Counted from the whole stretch's first letter, positions 1 to 11,234 are shown. The stretch is DNA of 61,454 nt, filler included, from Basidiobolus ranarum (GCA_040143965.1; 22 parts of 22 records of this genome joined end to end with filler, not necessarily neighbours in it); one strand, 5' to 3'. Translations and numbers: made by a program. Notes: generated by a model not told the origin, from the letters alone.

Positions 1-1
1 T

Positions 2-1117
2 GAACGCTCTTACCAATCCTTCAATAGAGGGGTCTTATGCGTCAGTGGCCCACTTGGACTATATGATGTTCGTATTCTCCGAATTATTCTCGGATCTTGG
101 GTTACTCAGAAATTTGCAAAAACCGAAACTACTTTTGGTGATGACCGTCATCTTACAAATCAAGTACTTAATTGCAACCTTAAGGTTCTTTACACACATC
201 ACGCCTATTGCTATTCAGATGCGCCAGCTACAATAGTTCGCTGGATCAAGCAACAAACTAGATGGGGCAAATCCTTCTATAGGGAACTCCTTTGGTTTCC
301 AAAAGTTTACATCCTCCATTCTCCTTGGTTATGCGTCGAGATGTGTATACAAGCATTATACCCATTCATCCTAGCTTATAATGCTTTAGCGTATCTTTAC
401 GGAAGCTATAGTCTCGAACGCTTAGCCGTATTCTTGGTAACTGTTTGGGCCGTTGGATTTATTCGAGCACTCTACGCCTTCTTTACTACATTGAAGTTGG
501 TTGGTAAGGACGAGCAGGTTAACAAGTATGATTTCGATAGCAGATTATCTCAAGAAGGGGTCCGTATTCCTCTTTTGTGCACATCCTGGGTACTCTATGC
601 TCGGTTTGACTTCTTTTTGTTCTCATTTTATGGATTCTACTACTTCTTCTTCCTCATTCCATCTAAGATGTATGCAATGATCACTCCACATGTAACACAA
701 TGGGGTACTTCTGCTCGCTCAGCTAGTGAAATGCGTAAGGGGGATTCTTTTTTGGAACGGACTTCTCATGTCCTCATTCATATCCCTTGGTTTATCGCGT
801 TCGTGGTTGGTGTAGGTCGTCTACTTTGGGTGCTATTTGGCAGTGCACTTGCCTGGCTTGTACTCATACTAATCATAGCCCCACTGACCATGCTCTATGG
901 AGATATCATCAAACGTTATCTCTGTTGTTGTACCTGTGAGAGCGATCTAGAGAAGCAAGCGGATAGTGAGCTGCAGGAGAAACTAGTCAGATCTCGTTTG
1001 ATCAACGTCGATAACTCTTCATGGCCTACATACAGTCTTATCTCCAAGGAATCTCACTCTCACCACGAGGATGAGAAAAGTGCTACAGAGGTTGAGGTCA
1101 CGCAAACACAGTACTAG
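2..1117 (+). CDS. Hyaluronan synthase-like processive glycosyltransferase (GT2, class I HAS type), 5'-partial
   Basis: The frame of ORF 341..1117 stays open back to base 2: ERSYQSFNRGVLCVSGPLGLY...TFGDDRHLTNQVL...YSDAPATIVRWIKQQTRWGKSFYRELLW...LIPSKMYAMIT...WGTSAR, plus several TM helices. These match class I HAS motifs (SGPLGxY, GDDRHLTN, QQTRWSKS, WGTSGR) rather than chitin synthase EDR/QRRRW. Confidence 0.85.
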   Translation, partial: ERSYQSFNRGVLCVSGPLGLYDVRILRIILGSWVTQKFAKTETTFGDDRHLTNQVLNCNLKVLYTHHAYCYSDAPATIVRWIKQQTRWGKSFYRELLWFPKVYILHSPWLCVEMCIQALYPFILAYNALAYLYGSYSLERLAVFLVTVWAVGFIRALYAFFTTLKLVGKDEQVNKYDFDSRLSQEGVRIPLLCTSWVLYARFDFFLFSFYGFYYFFFLIPSKMYAMITPHVTQWGTSARSASEMRKGDSFLERTSHVLIHIPWFIAFVVGVGRLLWVLFGSALAWLVLILIIAPLTMLYGDIIKRYLCCCTCESDLEKQADSELQEKLVRSRLINVDNSSWPTYSLISKESHSHHEDEKSATEVEVTQTQY

Positions 1118-2506
1118 TGGATTAATTTGGAGTACGACAATCCTCGTATTAAATTCGATTATAATATAAATGTACAATATCAAGTATGAAATAAACCATA
1201 ATTCATGTAACCACAAACTATATTACTGTCGAATACGGATTAGGGAATACGGATTAGGCTGGTATGAAGGGGGCAAATTAGGAGGGCAGGGGCGATCTAG
1301 AATGGCCTAGTAGTACCTGAAAAATCCTATTTTGGCGGATCGATATTAGTATCAACAATTCCGAATTCCATTGATAGTTCTATTAATTTTAAGTTATGAT
1401 AACAAATTCTACCTTTATGGTCGTTCAATCTATTTGGAATGAGATAATTGTGGAATGTGTTAACAGCTGCAACACTATTCGAGTATGCAACATCGATTTG
1501 ACTAATCACATTTGTAATCTGAATGAGAAGTTAAGTAAGCAGTTTTTGTTGAAAGCAATGGCATGGATTCATGCTAATGCACAATGCACTCCTTCGATCG
1601 CAATCAGCTGCAATAAGATATACAGTACGATAAAGGTCACTTTGCTCACTTGAACCGAATTAACGCGACCTGTTAGCAAAAATAAACACTGAATATACCA
1701 ATCATGATAAACCACTGAAGTACCAAGTTCTAGCTGTGTTCAATAGCTACCATTTGCAAGTACCAAGTACCATTACCGTGATCTTTCATTGACTCATAAC
1801 CTTGCTTATACACTTGGCTTGAGGTGAACCAAGTATAAGTTCACTACTTCAGCCAACCAAGAGATTCAGTAACTTCTCGCAACTTGATAATCTAGTTGCT
1901 CTATTGAGAAGTAATCGGTAAGATCATCCATTCATCACCTATAAGGGTTTATTCTTTACTTGTGGGAAAGGAGCAATGTTAGGCCACCATTAAGCTTACA
2001 CGATTTTTATGTGAGCAAAGCCCAAACGATGTCTACAGGTTTCACGCCAACAGCATGACTGCAACAGAGATGAATATCATTACTTATTTCAAAATTGTAG
2101 TCAAATACGCTTGTCAGAGTTTATTGAAGCTGATCACGTGCAAGTTTGAAATGCAATGAATTATGGCATGACATTGCGGTGTTGCTGTTTCGAAATTGAT
2201 GAGTGTAATCAAGATTCATATCTAGTGAATTCTGTGATCTCCAACCTTAACAGATACCATCAACTCCTTGCTTGTCACAATTGATGACTCGCAATATACC
2301 AAGAGAATGAGGTAAAATCGGTGACAACAGGTGCGAAAATACCCAGCTAATGCAAGAGTTAAAGTTGCTGTTTGTTCAGATTGGCTGAATTGTTCGAGTT
2401 CATCGGGATTGAAGTGTTTCCTTCATGCAATGTTTACATGTAGTCGGTTCTTGAACATCCCTATATGATTTATGCATCCGGTGGAGCACGTTATGTCACT
2501 AGTTTG

Positions 2507-2514
2507 TATATAAA
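2507..2514 (+). promoter_or_regulatory. TATA-like box upstream of the ORF at 2565
   Basis: TATATAAA about 50 bp before the ATG at 2565, which has an A-rich context (AATAATG). Confidence 0.45.
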
Positions 2515-2564
2515 GTAGCCACTGGTTTGCCCTGTGCAAACATAAATTTACTACCCAATAAATA

Positions 2565-2709
2565 ATGCCCATCTTCCAACCTAACGATCTGAACACCCTT
2601 CTAGATTTACATGGCAGGCAGAGCGGTACAAAAGTCGCTCTTATTTACACCAATGCTCAGGGTGAAGAGCAGAAAATCACATACAAGCAGTTCCGGGATT
2701 TGACCCTCT
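2565..2709 (+). CDS. N-terminus of an adenylate-forming (AMP-binding) enzyme, acyl-CoA ligase or NRPS-like; 3'-partial
   Basis: MPIFQPNDLNTLLDLHGRQSGTKVALIY...GEEQKITYKQFRDLT resembles the 'kvAli...lTY.el' A1 region of ANL-superfamily enzymes. Only 48 codons precede the contig end. Confidence 0.55.
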
Positions 2710-2809
2710 NNNNNNNNNNNNNNNNNNNNNNNNNNNNNNNNNNNNNNNNNNNNTTAATTAATTAANNNNNNNNNNNNNNNNNNNNNNNNNNNNNNNNNNN
2801 NNNNNNNNN
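2710..2809. other. Artificial contig linker (first of 21)
   Basis: N-run, TTAATTAATTAA (stops in all six frames), N-run, 100 bp in total. It recurs at 5519, 8328, 11135, 13942, 16747, 19551, 22355, 25158, 27958, 30755, 33551, 36344, 39136, 41928, 44720, 47511, 50302, 53092, 55881 and 58668. Confidence 0.98.
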
Positions 2810-4333
2810 TCTTTGACAAGAAGAAATCTGATATACTCCCAGCTCACCACCCATATGATTGCCCTATAGATCTACAAGAGGGAAAACAACCACCATTTGG
2901 TCCTATCTATCGGCTGACCCAGCCAGAACTCAACATTCTGAAAGAGTACATTGCAGAAAATCCGGAGAAAGGATTTATCCAACATTCAAAGTCCCTAGCA
3001 GGCTCTCCAATCTTATTTGTTAAGAAAAAGGATGGATCCCTCTGTCTCTGTGTTGATTATTGCAGCCTAAAAAGCATTACAGTCTAAAATTGGTACCAAT
3101 TGCCATTAATCAACTCACTCTTGGATCAGCTTGCTTCAGCCAAGGTGTTTACTAAAATTGATCTAAGAGGTGCTTACAATCTTGTAAAAATCAAACCACA
3201 AGACCAATGGAAAACTGCCTTTCAAACTTGCTATGGACACTTTGAATACAATGTCATGCCATTTGGACTTACCAATGCCCCTGCAGTCTTTCAACACATG
3301 ATGAATGATATCTTCAGAGAGTATCTTGACCAATATGTGGTAATCTACCTTCACAATATGGTGGTCTTCTTAAGCTCTCAAGAAGAACAAATATTCTTGT
3401 TTCCAAAGTCCTAGAAAAGTTGAAAACTTCTGGGCTCTATGCTAAACTTGAGAAATGTGAATTTGATCAAGCTGAAGTTGAATTCCTTGGATATAACATC
3501 AGCCCATCAGGAATCTCCATGGACCCTAAGAAGGTCAAATTTGTTCTATCTTGGGATATTCCCAAGAATATGAAGGATGTCCAATCTTTCCTTGGATTTG
3601 CAAACTTTTACTAATGGTTTGTCAAGAACTACTCCAAAATATCTGCTCCATTAACAAACCTTACAAAGAAAGAACTCCCATTCAACTGGAACCCATCTGG
3701 CTAACAAGCATTTGTAACTTTAAAGGGTGCTTTCTCCTCAGCACCAATCCTGGCACATCCCAAGCTAGACAAACCATGTATTGTTGAAACTGATCCATCC
3801 AACTTTGCTCTAGGAGCAGTACTAGCACAGCTTGATGATGACAACTTACTGTACCCTGTTGCCTTTTACTCAAGAAAGTTCTCTGCCACAAAAATCAACT
3901 ATGACATCTATGACAAGGAATTATTAGCAATTATTGCTTCATTTGAACAATGGCAACAATACTTGGATGTAACAAATCACAAAATCACAGCTTATTGTGA
4001 TCACAAAAATCTTCAGTATTTTAGTACAATCAAAGTTCTCAACCATTGTCAAGCAAGATGGTCATTATTTGTTGCCAGTTTTGATTTTGTCATTACATAT
4101 TCACCAGGTAGCCAGCAAGGAAAGCCTAATGCCTCATCACATAGAGCAGAATATCAGCCTAAAGAAGGGGATGAGGCCTTTGGCCAGCAAAATACTACCT
4201 TACTGAAGCCTTACCAACTTCAAATTAGTGCAACTGCCCTTTCTCTGCCTAGTTCAAGCACATTACATGAAGACATCCACAAACTTCAATCTGAAGACCT
4301 ATTGGTAATATCAATCAAGAAAGCCCAGAAAAC
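2810..4333 (+). mobile_element. Degenerate Ty3/gypsy (Tf1/Tf2-like) pol fragment: RT and RNase H
   Basis: Motifs [39 protein letters not shown] (decayed YLDD), VQSFLGFANFY, NYDIYDKELLAI and DHKNL, with stops and frameshifts. Confidence 0.93.
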
Positions 4334-5229
4334 TGTTGAAGTTTATTGCCTTTTTCATATTTGTCATCTATATCTTTAAACACCTAACTATTTTGTATAT
4401 CACATATAAGTTAGTTAACATTACTTAGTCGAATATCACTTAGCTAAAAATTGGAACATATAATATATATATGTGAATAATGTGAGAATTAGCAATTCTA
4501 TATTGGAAATTTCAAACTTGTCCAAATTTCCCCAAAGATAGCTCATTTTACTCCCACAAATGTTCTGAACACAACCCCAGTGTTAGTTTTCTGTATTTTC
4601 CATTAAAATGTATAAATGCTTTATTTCTGGACAATACATAATTATCTCACAAAGCTTTTCACAACTCCACTTTTCTAAAGTTCCTCCAAACAGCCTATAT
4701 TTTCCCAATAGGTTATGAGCCCCACATTCTAACCTTTACAGCATGACAGAAACCACTACTACCACTTTTATAAACTCAAGTGTTGAAAAGCTTGATGGAG
4801 AAATTTACAATTTCAGGAAGTTCAAGATGCAAATCATGCTGGAAGACAGGGAGCTTTGGGATGTAGTCTCTGGAGAAGAAAAGGAACCTTCTGACCCTTA
4901 TTTATTGGAAGCTTACAAGGAAAGAGACAAGAAGGCCTTTAATGTCATTTGTCAATGTTTGAAGGATTCACAACTTGTGAATATTCAGTATGCAAAGACT
5001 TCCCATCAAGCTTGGACTATATTGGAAGAGTGTTATGAGGCAAAGAGTCTTGCTAATAGACTCTTTCTCAGACAAAAATTCTTTAATATAAAGATGGAAA
5101 AGTCTGAAAGCATGGTTACTCATATAGCAAATGTGAGATCTTTGGCAAAACAACTGGAAAATATTGGTGCAACTTTACAGGAAGAAGACGTCATTATGAC
5201 TCTTCTAAGTAGTCTACCAGAATAGTATT
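4334..5229 (+). mobile_element. Ty1/copia family B 5' end inserted in the gypsy pol: LTR 4334-4710, PBS 4711-4722, gag 4743-5225
   Basis: TGTTG...CAATA LTR followed by GGTTATGAGCCC, then a copia gag (KLDGEIYNF.KFKMQIMLEDRELWDVV). The same LTR occurs at 50402-50532 (+) and 52751-53091 (-). Confidence 0.9.
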
Positions 5230-5518
5230 TGTTGGATAATTAATCTTTATTCAACATCATAGTTAACTTTAGTTATGATACATATATCAGAAATCGAAAG
5301 CAATGTATCTATAGCCCCTATATTCTAAATAGGAATATCTCTATATCTATATAACAAGTATGTCTTATTACCCACACTTATCTATTATATCTTATTGCAC
5401 AAACTCCTGAATATCTCAAACAATTGACTTACTTTTCTACTATATAAGTCACCATATACTCTTAAGAATAAAGTAACTAAAAACACACTATCATAAGTTG
5501 CTTCTAATACTCAAAGTC
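5230..5518 (+). repeat. Copia family C LTR, truncated by the contig end, inserted in family B gag
   Basis: Starts TGTTGGATAATTAATCTTTATTCAAC and matches copies at 7326-7642, 13698-13941, 37443-37759 and 59698-60005. Confidence 0.88.
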
Positions 5519-5618
5519 NNNNNNNNNNNNNNNNNNNNNNNNNNNNNNNNNNNNNNNNNNNNTTAATTAATTAANNNNNNNNNNNNNNNNNNNNNNNNNN
5601 NNNNNNNNNNNNNNNNNN

Positions 5619-6125
5619 CTCAGATGTTGCTTTACTCACTGATAACAAATTTTTTGCTATCCCAGGCACATATAGCACGTTTTTCAGTGTCAAATACATG
5701 CCCCCAGAGGTGTCCCCAAGATCCACTTCAATTTCTCCCACTCCCAGAGCTTCTAGTGGCCGGTCATCTCCCATATAAACCTTCTTGTTTATATCAGTTT
5801 TGAGTGTTTTAAACCAGTTTTTTTGATTAGAGAAATGTTGAGAGGCTCCAGAATCAATATACCACGACCTACAGTCTTGTTCAGAGGTCACTGATAGGGC
5901 AGAAATGAATAAAACTTCCTCCTTGGTTGAAACCTGATTTGCTTGTTCTGACTTCTCATTTTTGCTGTAATTTCTTGATTTGCAATCTTTTATCTTGTGT
6001 CCTGGTTTGTTACAACCATAGCATAAACCTGGGTAGGTTTATTTCGATACTCAATTGTTGTGATCATACACTATGTCCACAAGCCTTGTGCTTCATCGCT
6101 TTGTGGCTTCTGACCAATGTTCATA
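5619..6125 (-). mobile_element. Ty1/copia gag zinc-knuckle and protease fragment
   Basis: CYGCNKPGHKIKDC knuckle, then WYIDSGASQHF and VLYVPGIAKNLLSVS. Confidence 0.88.
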
Positions 6126-6453
6126 GTCATTTCAGAAAGTCATGGAACCAGTAAACTTTGTTGTTAACCTGAAGGTCAGTCCGGATGCACAATAGCTCAT
6201 AACTGATTCACTTTTTTGAAAGAGTTTTTCAAATGACAATATCTTCACATTAACTGCGCTCATCAACTCTACAATTGTTTTTTTCTGGCTCTTAAGTGAC
6301 GCATAGAGTAATAAGAATCAGAGTCTACATGTTGGAATATGTTGTTATAATAAAAGCATAGGCATTCTTTTAAATATGATAGACAATTGCAAAATAAATA
6401 CTTAGCTTGGCTAGACAGTTTATTGATGGTATCCTTCTTTGTTGCGAGAAAAC

Positions 6454-6755
6454 TGTTGAAATTAGCATTGGCTAAGCACTAAGATATTATCCATTATTCT
6501 CATGAGGAATTTACTTAGAATATTGACACCAACTTAGAAGTTTGAAGATATATAGATTTTTTCAAACCTGTGCCAGAAGCCCAAACTTTGCACACATGTT
6601 CCTAGAACGTTCTTTAACACATTCTACACGTTAGTTTGCTTACATCTGGACAAATATATAAACGTCAACTTTCTACTCTATAAATCAATTAGTGAAAACC
6701 ACCAATTTCTCTAATTCTCTAAACCACTTCCAACCGGCTCCCAAATACTTTAACA
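6454..6755 (+). repeat. Solo LTR of copia family A with a perfect 5-bp target-site duplication
   Basis: TGTTGAAATT...TTTAACA, flanked by AAAAC at 6449-6453 and 6756-6760. Confidence 0.9.
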
Positions 6756-7175
6756 AAAACAACATATAAATATGCTAACAAAATGCATTTCATATAACAG
6801 AGAGTACCTGATGAGTAAATAGCAGATCCATGAGGGTATGTAGGCAATAGACTCAAATTTGGTGCTGGGTAATGTGGCTAGCCATATTTAAATAGTGTGG
6901 GCAATCATCTGTCACAATGTGGAGGGTCACAAAATAGCTACCAAAAAAAATTACAAACTTTTGAGCTTAGAACTGTTACACTGACAGTACTACATACAAA
7001 TGCTAGTAATATCACAAAGAGTACGGGAATCTACTTCCTAACATTAGAGATATTGGAGTTTTGATTAAGCAATGTGCTTAATATCAAGGTGAGTAATGTT
7101 GAACAACCAAAGTCATAATTGCTCTATGTTGATAATATTGCACTTGTTTATCTCCCTCAAGATGTGACCAATACT

Positions 7176-7820
7176 TGTTGAAATTAGCATTGCCTAAACA
7201 GCTGTATAGTCATATATAGCTTAGTATTTAGTTATTCTATATTTCACTAAGATATCACCCACTATTCTAAATTAGAATTTTCATTAAATATGCTTACCAA
7301 TTCAGAAGCTCTCAGATATAGAGATTGTTGTAGGATCTTGACATAATGGGGGTGGACTTGATATATTAGAGACAATATTTAATAGTGTTTTAGTTACTTT
7401 ATTCTTAAGAGAATATGGTGACTTATATAGCAGAGAAGTAAATCAATTGTTTGAGATATTCAGAAGTTTATGTAATCAGATATAATAAATAAGTGGGGGT
7501 AAATAAGACATACTAGTTATATAGATATAGAGATATTTGTAATTTGAATATAGGGGCCATAGATGTGTTGCTTTCTGTTTCTGATATATATATCATAACT
7601 AAGGTTTAACTAAGATGTTGAATAAAGATTAATTATCCAATAGATATGTTTCAAACTTGTCCTAGAAGCCCCAAACTTTACACACATGCTACAATTTTTT
7701 CTGTTTACCTCATGACAAGATCATAATTGTCAACTCTATTGAATAAGTCAACATATGAAAACCATCAATGATTTCTAGTTCTCTAAACCACTCCCAACAA
7801 ACATCCAAAATACATCAGCA
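7176..7820 (+). repeat. Family A LTR interrupted by an inverted family C solo LTR (7326-7642)
   Basis: The family A LTR stops at 7325 and resumes after 7642. The insert is flanked by GAGAT and GATAT. Confidence 0.8.
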
Positions 7821-8091
7821 ATGTCTACATCTTGGAGTATAAGTCAGATTATAGTGTTGGTCAAGATATATCCTACATATTTGTTATATTACTATCCTCT
7901 AAAGATAAGAAATGATACATCTTCAATATTTCCTTGCTTCCATATGCAACCTATCTTGTAGAGAGTTATTATACATCCTTGATCTCTTAATGGAGGACTA
8001 TGCCTGTTATATCCATAAACATTCCAATCTTTCCAGTTTCTGGCAAAGCTCATTCATGTACAACCAGGTTATGTTGAAATGACATAGCTTA

Positions 8092-8327
8092 TGTTAAAGT
8101 ATTTGGGAGCCTGTTGGAAGTGGTTTGGAGAATTAGAGAAATTGGTGGTTTTCACTTGTTGATTTATTGAGTAGAAAGTTGCCATTTATAGTTTTGTCAA
8201 GATGTAAACAAACTAACGTGTAGAATGTGTTAAGGAAGGTCCCAGGAACATGTGTGCAAAGTTTGGGGCTTCTTTGAAAAATCTATATATTTGAGAACCT
8301 CTAAGTAAATTCCTTATGATAATCATG
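8092..8327 (-). repeat. Family A LTR, partial
   Basis: Reverse complement of the family A LTR 3' part (TGTTAAAGTATTTGGGAGCC...). Confidence 0.85.
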
Positions 8328-8428
8328 NNNNNNNNNNNNNNNNNNNNNNNNNNNNNNNNNNNNNNNNNNNNTTAATTAATTAANNNNNNNNNNNNNNNNN
8401 NNNNNNNNNNNNNNNNNNNNNNNNNNNT

Positions 8429-8581
8429 CGTCAACCAAAGGGGCCTGATCTTGATCGAAATTTCGCTAATCGTAGTCGTAAGGTGATCGTTAGTAACCTG
8501 AATCCTACTTTCACACTCACTCCAGCAGAAAATAACACCGATCAAGCTGTTCAACTAGCCGCCATTGCACCTGTTTATTGA
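8429..8581 (+). CDS. 3' end of an unknown gene carrying an RQPxGP (SUZ-C-like) motif; 5'-partial
   Basis: An open frame from the contig start reads RQPKGPDLDRNFANRSRKVIV...IAPVY*, with host-like codon use (CpG retained) and a UTR-like tail. Confidence 0.45.
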   Translation, partial: RQPKGPDLDRNFANRSRKVIVSNLNPTFTLTPAENNTDQAVQLAAIAPVY

Positions 8582-9148
8582 TGGCAACGTTCGTGACGTC
8601 GTTTGTGAGATATACCAGCGATATCCGTATAATTTATAAACATCTCGCCTTTCCTTTCCCTTCCCTTCCAACCAGCTTACTGTATTTAGATGTGTATTTA
8701 GGAACTCTAAAGGCTATGTTTCGACTTAACATATGTATTTGTAGCTGGTCGATTTAGACAGTTCCAGGTGTGAGAAATTTCGGTTTTTTTACACATCGAC
8801 AAATAAATCGACTTATTTATTGAATATTTTCGCACTGGTGCACCAGTGAAATTCAGGCAGTGATGAAAATAAAGCTACTTGGTATTACCATTTTATTTAT
8901 GTAATGAAGCATCAACATCAAAGTTATGATACATACTAGAGAATATTCAAGAACCTACAGCTCCGTATCTATGTTAATGCAGGAAGAGGGGGAAATATAC
9001 CACTACATTCTATATAGGATAGGTATAAAAGATAGAATGGGAACTCGAGGGAATACCAAGCAATCGAATAATGTATGTACTCTTGAATAAATATTCAACC
9101 AACGGAACATTCACTTGGTCAGAGTTTTCTTCGAATTAAAGTCTCTAT

Positions 9149-9560
9149 TTAATTAGGTACACTTTCTTCTAGATACTTTTTTATCCGTAATAACATATCG
9201 GCTTTTATATCCTCCGGAACAGTACCTCTGGCGTGAGGGGTGATTTGGGATACCATCTCATTGACTGTAACTCCAGTAACTCCATCGGTCTTTAACTTCT
9301 CTTTAACCATTTCTGAACAATGAGTTTTGATATTTTCTAACCAACCGCATTCGCGTAAACGTTCTTGTAATAAAGATTGCAACCTGATAAAGTATCAATA
9401 TAGAATAAGCTTGGTAAGAATGGTGGGAAAGTAAATAAGGCTGATATGGGAGGGGGGGTAAATTTGAAGAGCCCATGTAGTACCTGTCTTTTTCTCCGGA
9501 CTCGGTAAACTTTTGACAAAGTGACATGCGTATTTTCTCTTCGTCAGTATTCCCAGCCAT
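9149..9560 (-). CDS. SUS1: Transcription and mRNA export factor Sus1/ENY2
   Basis: Exons 9560-9484 and 9383-9149 around a 100-nt GT-AG intron give MAGNTDEEKIRMSLCQKFTESGEKDRLQSLLQERLRECGW...ITPHARGTVPEDIKADML, the ENY2 pattern. Confidence 0.92.
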
Positions 9561-10043
9561 ATTCTTAAGTTTCTTCTGGTAGTTATAAAATTCAAGGTAT
9601 ATATATATGTATGTGCGTATATGTGTGTATGAGTGTATCTACGTGTGTGTCCACGTAAGTTTTGAACCCAGTGAGAAAAGGATTATGGAGTAATAATAAA
9701 TTGATCCATAGAATAAAATTTGAAGAAATTCCTATTTATATCCTATTTCTCATCATTCCGATAATTGTTTTTAGTATAATAAATCAGTACATATAATATA
9801 AAAATGCTCTTTAATTTCAATAAGAAAAGGGAACATTCATACAATTATTATATTGTCGATATTGAAAGCTTGGTAAGAGGATGAAGAACAAAAGTATCCA
9901 TAGGTGTGTATCTAGTTGTGAAACTACGATAGAGGGTTCTATAAAGAATAGGTGAATAAATCGTTAGGGTTGAATACAGTTTCTAGAGGCGGTAAGAATC
10001 CACTCATTGCTCTGTGATAGAGTGAACGAATAAAAATTTCCAT

Positions 10044-11132
<1,089 letters not shown>

Positions 11133-11234
11133 ACNNNNNNNNNNNNNNNNNNNNNNNNNNNNNNNNNNNNNNNNNNNNTTAATTAATTAANNNNNNNNNN
11201 NNNNNNNNNNNNNNNNNNNNNNNNNNNNNNNNNN

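Noticed and set aside
45-236. 63-aa ORF MAHLDY...
   Set aside because: Off-frame shadow of the HAS-like coding sequence.
2-1117. Chitin synthase or NodC as the product
   Set aside because: The motifs are DDR, QQTRW and WGTSAR rather than EDR/QRRRW or EDR/QQLRW, so HAS-like fits better. The product is still unproven.
9598-9650. AT/GT dinucleotide tract upstream of SUS1
   Set aside because: Ordinary low-complexity microsatellite, probably within a 5' UTR intron or promoter.
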